From NCBI GenBank assembly GCA_001938485.1, contig MQRK01243983.1, positions 1 to 60,613 on the forward strand: a stretch of 60,613 nt of DNA, written 5' to 3'. Both the position numbers and the translations under genes were made by a program. This stretch comes from Girardia tigrina (taxonomy: Eukaryota). The notes beneath the pieces are model-generated. The model was not told the DNA's origin, searched no databases, and saw nothing but the letters and a program-made list of their open reading frames with translations. Positions 49,788-60,613 of the stretch are shown here, piece by piece (positions within the stretch are counted from its first letter, which is position 1; every line of letters starts with the position of its first letter).

Positions 49788-51851
49788 TCTGTTTCCGTAA
49801 TGGATGCACTTAGCTGGGTTAGCACCACATGATTGACACCGCACATTATTACATGCATACATTATATCATCAAACTCTCAATCCTGTTACTCAATTTCAT
49901 TCTCCATAATCACGCATACTTTCCACATACATCTAATAATGATAATAATATGTTTATAATAATAATCTCAATAATAATTAACAACCATAATAATAATAAT
50001 TCACACATCCTTACAATATTGTTGAATAAAAATTCAATAATGTTGAATGAAAAAATTATATTATTGAATAAAAAAATTTTTTTTTGGAATAACACTGTAA
50101 AAACAAACATCCTTCCATTACTTTTGGAATACCCTATGTAAGTAGCGTTTATGCCACTTTCATTATTATCACATTCTAAAGCCATAATTNNNNNNNNNNN
50201 NNNNNNNNNNNNNNNNNNNNNNNNNNNNNNNNNNNNNNNNNNNNNNNNNNNNNNNNNNNNNNNNNNNNNNNNNNNNNNNNNNNNNNNNNNNNNNNNNNNN
50301 NNNNNNNNNNNNNNNNNNNNNNNNNNNNNNNNNNNNNNNNNNNNNNNNNNNNNNNNNNNNNNNNNNNNNNNNNNNNNNNNNNNNNNNNNNNNNNNNNNNN
50401 NNNNNNNNNNNNNNNNNNNNNNNNNNNNNNNNNNNNNNNNNNNNNNNNNNNNNNNNNNNNNNNNNNNNNNNNNNNNNNNNNNNNNNNNNNNNNNNNNNNN
50501 NNNNNNNNNNNNNNNNNNNNNNNNNNNNNNNNNNNNNNNNNNNNNNNNNNNNNNNNNNNNNNNNNNNNNNNNNNNNNNNNNNNNNNNNNNNNNNNNNNNN
50601 NNNNNNNNNNNNNNNNNNNNNNNNNNNNNNNNNNNNNNNNNNNNNNNNNNNNNNNNTTTTTAATTTTTTAAAATATTTAATAAGCAAATTAACATAAAAA
50701 TATTTTACCCTTTAAATTAAAAAAATAATAAACTATTCAGGCGAGATAAAAATTTAAAATTAACCCCTCATACCCTATATATATATATTCTAATTTAATT
50801 TTTTATTAAAATTAAATATATAAAGTATTCAGTCGGAAAGTAAATTTAAAGTCATTAAATGTAACATAGCTCGTTACGGCAAACATTGAAATTAACGAGC
50901 CTTATAATAAATAACTCTTACTTTTGCAGAAAGTTGCCGCAACGGATATTACTTTCTAAAAGTAGAACAACTGTGAAACTCAAAATTACAAGTGACAATT
51001 ACGTTTACGTCATTATTTTGAGTACAATTTTTAATGAATATTTTAATGGATGGTTTTAGTGGAAAGAAGATAAAAACGGGAGGATGAGTGTCATTAATAT
51101 TGCGGCTTTTATTGACATTTAAAGAAAGTAGCGCAATGAAACGAAAGGCGTAAATATATTAGTGATAGTGAGATGTTAGCGAACCATGAATTTGTCCTTT
51201 GTTATTATTATTCAACTCTAACATTATGATTGCGTACATATTTAATTAACAAAAAAAACTGAAGCTGGCGCCGAAAACTTGGCTTTTCGTTTTACGACAT
51301 GAGATTTGCAATTGCTCAATACCCATGGGTATAATAAATTTAAACGTTATGATTTCATTCTTTTTATAGTTAAATAATAGATGAAGAAAAGGGGATTCTT
51401 TTACTTCGTCCCTTTTCTCTTACAAAGTTACCAGAAAAATTTAAAATTGTCAAAGTCATCATTTCACAAATGAGATAAAACCTTTTGCTTTGAAAAAGAA
51501 AAATTCATTGATTTTTTAAAATAAACAGAAGATTCAAAACTGGTTGCACATCAATTTATCATAACGGCAGAGATTACTAATCCAGAAAAACTGCTCTAAA
51601 GAGTATAAGTGGATCAAAGATTCTATAGCTCTTAACGCCAGCTGAGTAGCTATGGACTACTACATGCCTTTGTTTTGCGAAAATTGTACCCACGATTTGC
51701 AAATTGTTTTCTATGTGAAATAGTACTGGAATGTTTAGGCAAAACCTATGAAATAAAAATATCGATATCTGGAGGCTGTATGAATAACACATATATCTAC
51801 AGGTATAAATAAATTTTGTATAAATCAATGCACCGACAAATTTGAAATTTT

Positions 51852-54800
51852 TTTAGACAAAGAAGTCTTTACCTCTATTATATGCAGAATTTGATGCTAA
51901 ACACGAATATGATAGTCGTTTTTCTCCTATACGTCCAGATTTTTTGCTATCTTATGTTTTTATTTACTTTGAAAAAGTGCAATAGTCCGAGGTCGAAAAC
52001 CAGTAACACAGTACTTATGAAGAAGTAATTTATATTTGAGGACTGCAAATCATCTAGCAATAGTCAGTCATCATTCTCGGATCTGCTCTTCCTTGATATC
52101 ACTGTTCCAATGTTGAAAGGGTCTGGTGAAATCGTTCACCATGTTCATCTGTAACCTGTTCCATTTCAGATGGGAAAAAGTCAATGTGACTTTCTAGAAA
52201 GTGAATTTTTTTGAGACATATTCACTTTCATCAGTTCAAATACATCCAGCATTTCTGAAACTATATCTCGGTAATCAGGAGATCGATGTTTGCTGATAAA
52301 AAATAAAAATAACAGAATTTTAAAAAAAATACTAAGCACTTTTCATAATGCACTCAAAAGGACAAAATAACTTCTCTGGGTCAGAAAAGACAATTTTAGT
52401 GTACCCTCAGTTTTCAATNNNNNNNNNNNNNNNNNNNNNNNNNNNNNNNNNNNNNNNNNNNNNNNNNNTGGGAAAAAGTCAATGTGACTTTCTAGAAAGT
52501 GAATTTTTTTGAGACATATTCACTTTCATCAGTTCAAATACATCCAGCATTTCTGAAACTATATCTCGGTAATCAGGAGATCGATGTATGCTGATAAAAA
52601 ATAAAAATAAATAGCAAATACCATTTAATGTTATCGTACGTATGTTGTTCAAGTGATTTAAGTAGGAAAACATACCAAGAAAGTTTTTCACACACTTTTT
52701 TATGGCATTCAAGGTACGCAATTCAACTGGGGATAATGCATCTTGAAACTGCTGACTTTTCATTAATTTCCTCGTATCTTGCCCAACAAAGACACCTTCT
52801 TTTATTTTGACTGCTGACAGTCGGGAAAAATATTCTTCAGTGTTTTCATTGGCTCACCTTCCGAATCCAAAGCCTTGACGAAATTTTTGAAAATCCCAAG
52901 CTTGATATGCAAAGGTGGTGAAATTACTTTTCCCGGTGGTACAAGAGCCTCGTATAGGACATTTAGTACTCCTGGTGTTCGATTTACTCGTTCTGGCCAA
53001 TGGTTTCTGTTGTAATGCTGCTGACGCACTCTGCTATCCCATAGACAAATAAAACAATTGTACTTTGTGTAGCCACCCTGTATCCCAGTGAGCATTCCTA
53101 TGATTTTTAAATCAGAACAAACTCTAATTTGAAGTTGTCATAATGAATTAGCTCAAATATCAATTTCAATGAATAGTAAGATTCTTTAACCTTCCTGCAA
53201 TAGGCCACTGGCAGTGAGGAAACTTATTGTCCTTATGGAAGAACACACCCTTCATATTATTGACACTACCAACGACAAAGAGCCACCAGTCCTCTTTCAC
53301 ATTCATGTGAATGTTCATTCTCGAAAGAAGACCTTCAATGTCATCGCAGTAGACCATCTTATCGCCTTCACTTGTTTTGAAGAATTCCACGAACATTTTA
53401 TCCCTTGCCATGTAGGCCGTCGCGTTCGTTTCTGCTTCTAAAACACCAAATTATTTAAGCATGGTTGCAGCAAGATAGGAAACATCTTTCGATAATCCCA
53501 ATTATCTGACCAAACTAACAAGTTGATCTTGGTTGATGATTTTACATGTGTGTTATAAAATTCATCCGGTCTCCAGTTGGCTTCCATGTCATAAGGTGTT
53601 TCTGATACTTCATCATCGCTGTCAGAAAGAATGTTTAAATCCTTCGGTGGAACAGAAGGCTCTTCTCCTGGTTCATATGGTCTTGGCAGGACTACTGACG
53701 GTAAATCAGGATAATAAATAATTGAGCTGTCTTTTTACTGTGACCACGAACATTTGTCAAAGAGAAGTAACAATCGTTAACATGATCCATCTGCTCACGC
53801 CAAGCCATTGGAGTTGAAAATGGCATTTATTTCAGTTTTCCAGAGGACCATAAAGAGAAATCAGAAAAACATTTCTGGCAGACGCAATGAGGCGCAAATG
53901 ATTTTTTCTGGTCTCCTATTTTCATTTTAAAGTAGTGAAAAAAAGGCTTTGGATTCTGAGAGTAATGGATCTGGATGCACCTTTAAATATAAATTCTCCA
54001 CAAATATAGCAAAATTATTTTGGATTGTTAACAAATTGACGTCTATTCGACATAACCTGAAATAATTATAATTGTTTAAGTATTAATTAGTTAATAATAT
54101 TAAAAATAACTTTAACGAGAATTATAAAACAAATTGCAGTAATTACACAATTTGAAGTACAATGATTACTCGTTAAAACAATAGAAAAAATTAAATGTAA
54201 ATATAGTTTACAATATTTGATTGTTATTAAAGTAATAATTAATTACCTGTAAATTGTATTCTTAATATATATTTGATGCAATATTATATATTTTCTATTA
54301 TTTTACTATTTTAGAAATAAATTTCTTTTAAGTTATAATTTGAAATATAGAAAAATATTACATGAATAATAAGAATACAATTTAAAGGCAGCTAATTATT
54401 ACTTTAATATTACTATACTATATTTACAATTAATTTTATTAGGTTCGTAATTAAAATTGGAAGTCATAATTTGTAAACATTATTTCTACTACAATTTTCA
54501 TTATTGACACAAATTTATGAGGAACAATATTTCAATTACATAATCCAGATCTCAAAATTATAAATATAAATAATAATATCGATAAATATATAAATATGTT
54601 ATTTTATTCAATTTTGATTTTTTTTGATTTTAAATCATTCGATTATAAATTTCTTTCTTTTTTTTGTTTTTTAATGAAATTTCAAAAATAACTTACCAAT
54701 TTAAAATACAACAATATTTAGCAATATTGAAATTTATTATTATTTAACAGAGATTCATTAATTATAAAATTTATTTGTTTTTAATAAAATTGCAAAAATA

Positions 54801-55521
54801 ACTTACCAATTTAAAATACAAAAATATTTAGCAATATTTAAATTTATTATTATNNNNNNNNNNNNNNNNNNNNNNNNNNNNNNNNNNNNNNNNNNNNNNN
54901 NNNNNNNNNNNNNNNNNNNNNNNNNNNNNNNNNNNNNNNNNNNNNNNNNNNNNNNNNNNNNNNTTTTTTTATTACATCTCTGACAACAAAAATTTTAACA
55001 AAAAATTCTTCCGAATAACTCTTAAAATAAATGCTAAACATATAAAATTCAATTATTTATGATATTAACTTTTTTAAAATTAACTAAGATTTTTTTACTA
55101 ATAACTGTTTTAAACTTTTGATTTTATTTTAGAGATTATTTATAACAATTAATTATTTCCAAAAATTTAAAGAATGAGCTTGTTCTTTTTTTTTAAGAAT
55201 TTAAAAGGTTTTTTATTTTAAAGAATTATTTCATTTTAATTAATCGAACATTACTTTAATTTACTTAAAATATAAATATAATTTTTAAAAAATATCAAAA
55301 ATTTAAAGTTCACCAAAAGTAACCCCAACAAATTTATTCTATTCTTTTAACGTGTGAGCATCGAACGTTGCTTTAAAATTTATATAATTATCAGTTTTTC
55401 TCAATTTACAAAATATCTGGACTTATATGAGGAAAATGACTTTCATATTCGTGTTCAGTATCTAATTCTGCATATAATAGAGGTAAAAACTTCTTTGTCT
55501 AAATTTGAGTGTTGAGTAGTG
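51852..55521 (-). mobile_element. Chapaev3-type (CMC) DNA transposon with ~100-bp TIRs and a decayed intron-containing transposase
   Basis: TIRs 51852-51945 / 55410-55505; right end ...GAGTAGTG. Transposase from ATG 54053: NNPNNFCYICG..APHCVC..PMAWREQMDHVNDCYF..QGGYTKYNCFICLWDSR..PPLHIKLG..SHIDFFP..DEHGERFHQ; GT-AG intron ~52594-52674. Confidence 0.9.
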
Positions 55522-56001
55522 TAATAGCTGGATGAGAAAATGTCATTTAAGATAAAATTTTGAGCCCCTCTTTTTACGAAATGTTTATGCTTTTCCTTTT
55601 CAGAGAAGAAATAAGTAGTACATATAGACTTCGGTAATAAATCTATTGGCCACGAAACATTGTTAATTCACGTCAAATACTAGTACGTTACTAGTACGTG
55701 AGAGACTACTGTAATTCAAAAAAATGACGTATTACTACATCATCTGCTAGTAATGAGTTAAAGTTTAGGGTGATTATTACAGTAACGCTGTAGTAACCAG
55801 AAAAGTAAAATATTTTAATATTTAAAGAAGGGCTTGGTTCCAGTTCTACTTATATAGTAATCCAAATGTGGTTTGCTGTTAACTGCTATGAATCAACGTA
55901 ATGAATGCCAATATGAATATTAATTAACAATTGATTTTTATGAAATTTTACATTTCTATGCATCACTTAAAAATAAAATTTTATTTATTATTTATCAAAA
56001 T

Positions 56002-56009
<8 letters not shown>

Positions 56010-56047
<38 letters not shown>
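56010..56047. repeat. (TA)n microsatellite
   Basis: Seen directly in the sequence. Confidence 0.95.
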
Positions 56048-56050
<3 letters not shown>

Positions 56051-56599
56051 AGTAAATTTATTGCCTCAATCACCATAGATAACTGACTTTAAAATGTAGT
56101 ATACAAAGAATGTATTTGTATGCCGATAAAAATTTGTTACATACTTGTACTCCTCCTTGGCCGACAGAAGTTCAATCTTCTCTTTAAGTACGATAAATCT
56201 TTTCTGGTGACTGATTGTCAGGAGGTCAGGGTAGGAAATTCGTCATTTCTACCCAGACCTTCCTTGTAAATTTCGCAAAAATACCTCAATTACATTGATG
56301 AAAGGTGAATAAGATGGCACATTATATACATTATTGGAAATATTATTTGAATGTATACGAGCATAATATTGTATAAGCTAAATTTTTTGGCCCAAGTATA
56401 AAAAAATTTTTTTGCATAAATATAGATTAGTTTTGAATTGAAATATAAAACGTTTTCATAAACATAAGTAATTTTTTTAACAATATAAATGAATACAAAA
56501 TTTAGAAGTTGTAAAACAAAAACTTTATTTAGCAAATACTAAAAATACAATAAACAGAAGTATTATAAACAATAATAAATTTTTTAATTTGCTTTTTTT

Positions 56600-57779
56600 C
56601 ACAAATATAAAACTTGTAAAAAAGCTATAACCAATAAACTTTTAATAAAAAAGGCTGTCTAACTTCTGCGGGCGCTAGTAAAATTTTATCTTTTTGATAA
56701 TACACGATAAAACTACCATTGACACCAAACAAAACTGATTCAATTAGAGCTAAAACCTCTGATCGATTTGTAGGTATGGGTCTTGAAGTTCTGTATTGTT
56801 TTTGTAATACACCAAAAAATCCTCAATCGGGTTTAGCAATAGGCTATACGGAGGCAAAAATTTATATTCTATTCCATTACCAGCGAATATTCTTAGAATG
56901 CCAGCTCAGTGATGAAATCGACAGTTATCCATAACAAGAACATGAGTTCATCGACGTGAAAAAACTGAAGTAAAATACACTCAAAAAATCCTTTGAAACC
57001 TTCGCCGTTATATGTACTGTGTTTTGTTTCACACCCTAGAACACAGGTTTGTGTTTTACAGCACAGCAAAGAAATGATGACATCTTTGTTGGCAGGAACG
57101 CGTACATATGCATTCGTATTTTTAAGAGAGTATCAACGATATTACATAGTGTGCAGATTAAATCCTGTTTCGTCTAAAATGACCACGTTGTCTGATAGGT
57201 ACATGTGCATTGATCTGGCATATTCAGCTCAAAGATCAATAACTTGAGGTGAGTTTCGCTCCTTTGGTACAAATAATAAATGTTTTTTCGTGATTTCCAT
57301 GGCTTTAAGGTGTCTTGAAATTGTACTTTGTCATTTTCTTACACCCAAAGGCTCTATTTCATTTATTATTCCTTGCAAAGTCAGTGCATTGTTTCTTTCA
57401 ATAATATTTGCAATTAAAATCTTGATTTTAGATTGCTGGGTTTGTGGTATACCTTTCTTTCTTTTTAATAAGAACAACCTGCTCACATTCGATCAGTTTA
57501 TTAGTTTTTCTTCTTACTGTACTCACCGACATGTTTGTCAAAGCAACAATTTCTTTAAAAATTTTACTAGAGTCAATGTTGATTTTCATAAAATTTGCTA
57601 TATCCCATGTAAGTATTCGTCTTGATCTTCTCTTTTCGAATAGGGGAAAATGTTCCTTCTCCATTACTGCCCCGGGAGGGCAACTGCACATGTACTAATC
57701 GATATAGAACGTGTGCACTATGGTAATGTTGCCATCACCATGGCAACAGTACAAAAAGTCCTAATCGATCGCTGTACAG
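56600..57779 (-). mobile_element. decayed IS630/Tc1-like (DDE_3, DD34E) transposon
   Basis: HTH ORF 57428-57691; VILDETGFNLH, VLVMDNCRFHH, KFLPPYSLLLNPIEDFF; terminus TA|CTGTACAGCGATCGATTAGGAC at 57779. Confidence 0.85.
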
Positions 57780-57781
57780 TA

Positions 57782-58447
57782 CCCAAATGTACTAAAAGCA
57801 AATAATGGTTTCAGGAAGCCATAAAATTGACATTAAAGGGCAAAAGCTGGAACAAGTAAGGAATTTCAAATACTTTGGCTTTTGTATCACAGAGAATGGG
57901 GAAACCAAAAAAGAAATCAGAGACCGGATTGGTATGGCATCAAGCTCAATGATTCAGCTTAGCACGATTTTTAACTTCAAAGAAATCCATCTCATGAACA
58001 GAATAAAGATTACTAAGAGTAACACTTCTCTATGGATGCGAGAGTTGAACAATAAATCAGAAGAGCATGGATAAACTTAACGCGTTTGAAGTGAAGTGCT
58101 ACAGGAGGATGCTGAAGATCACGTGAAAAGAAAAGAAGACCAATGACTTTGTTTAGAGGAAAGTGACAGAAATACTACATTAAAGACTGGAATCATTTGA
58201 AAAAAACCATCAAGAGAAGACAGCTGAAATTATACAGACACCAGTAAAGAAAAAAACGGAAAAAATGTCTTTGTTTATCATAAAGAGGAAGACCAAAGAT
58301 ATAATAATATACTTAAAAGAATGGAGAGGATTGAACATGGAATGTCTGAGAAAAGAGACTACAAATATAGAAACGAATGCTTAGGCATAATTTGGTACAT
58401 TCACGGCCCAACGGCTAAGGTCAAAAAGAAACGAAAGAAAGAAGAAA
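57782..58447 (+). mobile_element. 5'-truncated RTE-like LINE (RT C-terminal region)
   Basis: IKGQKLEQVRNFKYFG..ENGETKKEIRDRIGMASS, LYGCES, AFEVKCYRRMLKI; GAAA/GAA-rich tail. Confidence 0.8.
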
Positions 58448-60613
58448 TATTACAATGAAGTGACTAGAATAGAATTTAACTTCACGTGTTCTCTCCTAGG
58501 CTTCATTGATAAGCAAGGAGAGCATATTTTTTATACTTTCAAGTCAATAGGGGTCACAGATTATCCGAGGCAACTTTGATTAAATATCTTCGGATTTCTC
58601 AATTCTAATATGGATTTCATTGCTTGATGATTCATTGAAATCATGAATACAAGTCTGTGTTGTCCATTATATTTTAACGGTCCACCTTTTTCTATCAGAA
58701 AAAGGTAATTTTGATGAATTCCGTTTTTATAAGAAAAAAGAATAAAGGTATATCGATATATGTATTAAAGTGGCAAACAATACTTTCAAATTACAATCAA
58801 ATAGTTAATAATAATTAAATAAAAGAAAATTCAGAAAATAATTTAAACGGGTTAATTTCAATTTTTTTGCAGATTTTAGATTTTGTTTTTGGCTTCGAAT
58901 AGTGGATTTCTGAGTTGTTGTGGGAGGAACACTTTACCATAACAATGGTGACCTTTTAACAATATGACCTTTTTATTTTTTACACGTTTTTTATTTATTT
59001 GTCTTCATTAGTTTGAGTTCCTTTTTTACAGAATGTTTTTCGATTGAAATCTTTTTACTTTGTTTATATAATTTTCGGAATGTTTATTGCATGAATGGAA
59101 AATGGAATGTGTTATATTTATAGTTTTTGAAATTTTTGAAAAAAAGTGTCTTGATCTATCATATAAGATACTATTTGTGCTCCTTTGGGAAAATTATTTT
59201 CAGAATCGGTGATTGATTTTAAAACATTTAAGATAAGAACCTAATGTATTTGTAGGGTTTGATTGGTATGAGCTACAAGGAGAACACATCGTTTTGCTAA
59301 ATAATATTTTTTTATTTTTTCTTTCTCTTTCTCGTCCATAAATATCTTTCTGTGATAGCACCGCGCTAATTGCGTCTGTTGGGTTCTTGGTCAAGAAAAG
59401 AATTCAGTAGAACGCAAAACTTTATTTCTATTACAATGAACAATTATTCAAATATAACTCCTTTTCGAAATTTGAGTATGCTTTCTTACATTCTTCCGTC
59501 AATATTATTTTTTTATCTTTATTCTTTCCACACATACCTTCCATTCCGTTTAATTTTATTTTTGTTGAATGCCGATTTTTTGTCGAAATCGAATTTAATT
59601 TTTATCAAAAAAAGTTATTCAAATAATTGTTGTGAGCAAAACGATTCATTATTAATATTTTTTACGAAAAATAATTACAATTAAATTATTTTGAATGTTT
59701 TTTGGTTGATATTCAATTAAAGATTTTCTGATAACGAATTTAAATTTCTCGAATATAATTTTTTTTATTTTGATTACAATGGTCAGTTTGCATGATTTCA
59801 TAACAACATGTTCCGAGCACTTTGAATTATCAGAGCTCCTTACATATTCGCGAGCTTCCGCTACCACTGTCCGGTATTCGGGGCAACCTGGGGTTCGGAC
59901 CGAGCACCTGACTTAAAAAACAATCGCTTTCGTTAGTTGTTCTTTCATATTTATTGGTAAATGTTTAGATTATCGTAAAGTGTATTAAATTTTTTGATGT
60001 TTTTCTAATTTCGTTAAGACCATCCCTGTGAGTGAACGTCGTCGATAATAGAGGCCCTATAATTCGATGCAAAGACATATTCCTGTTAACTGGATCAATC
60101 ACCTTTAATTTTGGATATTTCATTTAATATTTAAAATTGCAAAAATTGATTTCATAAATCTCTCATTAATAAGCATATAGATAAATTACTAAAAGTACTT
60201 TTTCTTCAATTATAGTACAAATTAACGTACTTTTCACAGAACATCCCAAAAAAATGTCGACTAAGAAAAAACATCAAATACTATACCTCAACTCCCACAA
60301 GGTGCAATAAATTACAAAAGGATAATAATTATGTATAATTTGCATTCGAATTTTTGCCCGTAGCACAATTATTGAATCTGCCTGAGTCTTGTAGAGTCTT
60401 ACAATTTTCTTCCGTTGTTGATTCCAAAAAAACATCTTTTTAATTGTTGTAAATATCATAAAGAATAGGTTGCTATTCCTTCTACCGAAGCTGTTGTTGG
60501 TGACTCTAGGGAAACTTGTATCATATTATAATCTGAAGAAAAATAAAATTATCAATTATTCTGTTGCCACTTTAACAAAATATATTTTACACCTCAAAAC
60601 TTCTGGTGGGTAC

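Noticed and set aside
59860-59930. tRNA-derived SINE on the minus strand
   Set aside because: Only a B-box-like GGTCCGAACCC; no A-box or tail visible.

Overview
AT-rich draft eukaryotic (animal) scaffold with N-gaps, short ~50-bp introns and TTAGGG-type repeats; a planarian flatworm is plausible but is inference only. Host genes: a four-exon RSPH9 (277 aa; 41642-48877), an intronless 506-aa MFS/SLC16-like transporter (29820-31340), a probable two-exon MS4A/CD20-like tetraspan gene (17183-18141, minus strand) and a zeta-tubulin-like fragment just downstream of RSPH9. The rest is mostly decayed transposons: several hAT types, mariner/maT/IS630, piggyBac, MULE, Chapaev3, Gypsy, Penelope, RTE-like LINE remnants and MITEs, often nested. 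The best leads are (i) the zeta-tubulin-like remnant next to RSPH9, (ii) a minimal hammerhead ribozyme in the Penelope remnant, (iii) tandem tRNA-like + telomere-like units, (iv) a ~750-bp TTAGGG-bearing cassette duplicated in inverted orientation with a 9-bp target duplication, (v) a GC-rich three-way-junction fold in an orphan element, and (vi) an array of decayed paralogous exons. All family calls come from motif recognition by eye; no database search was run.
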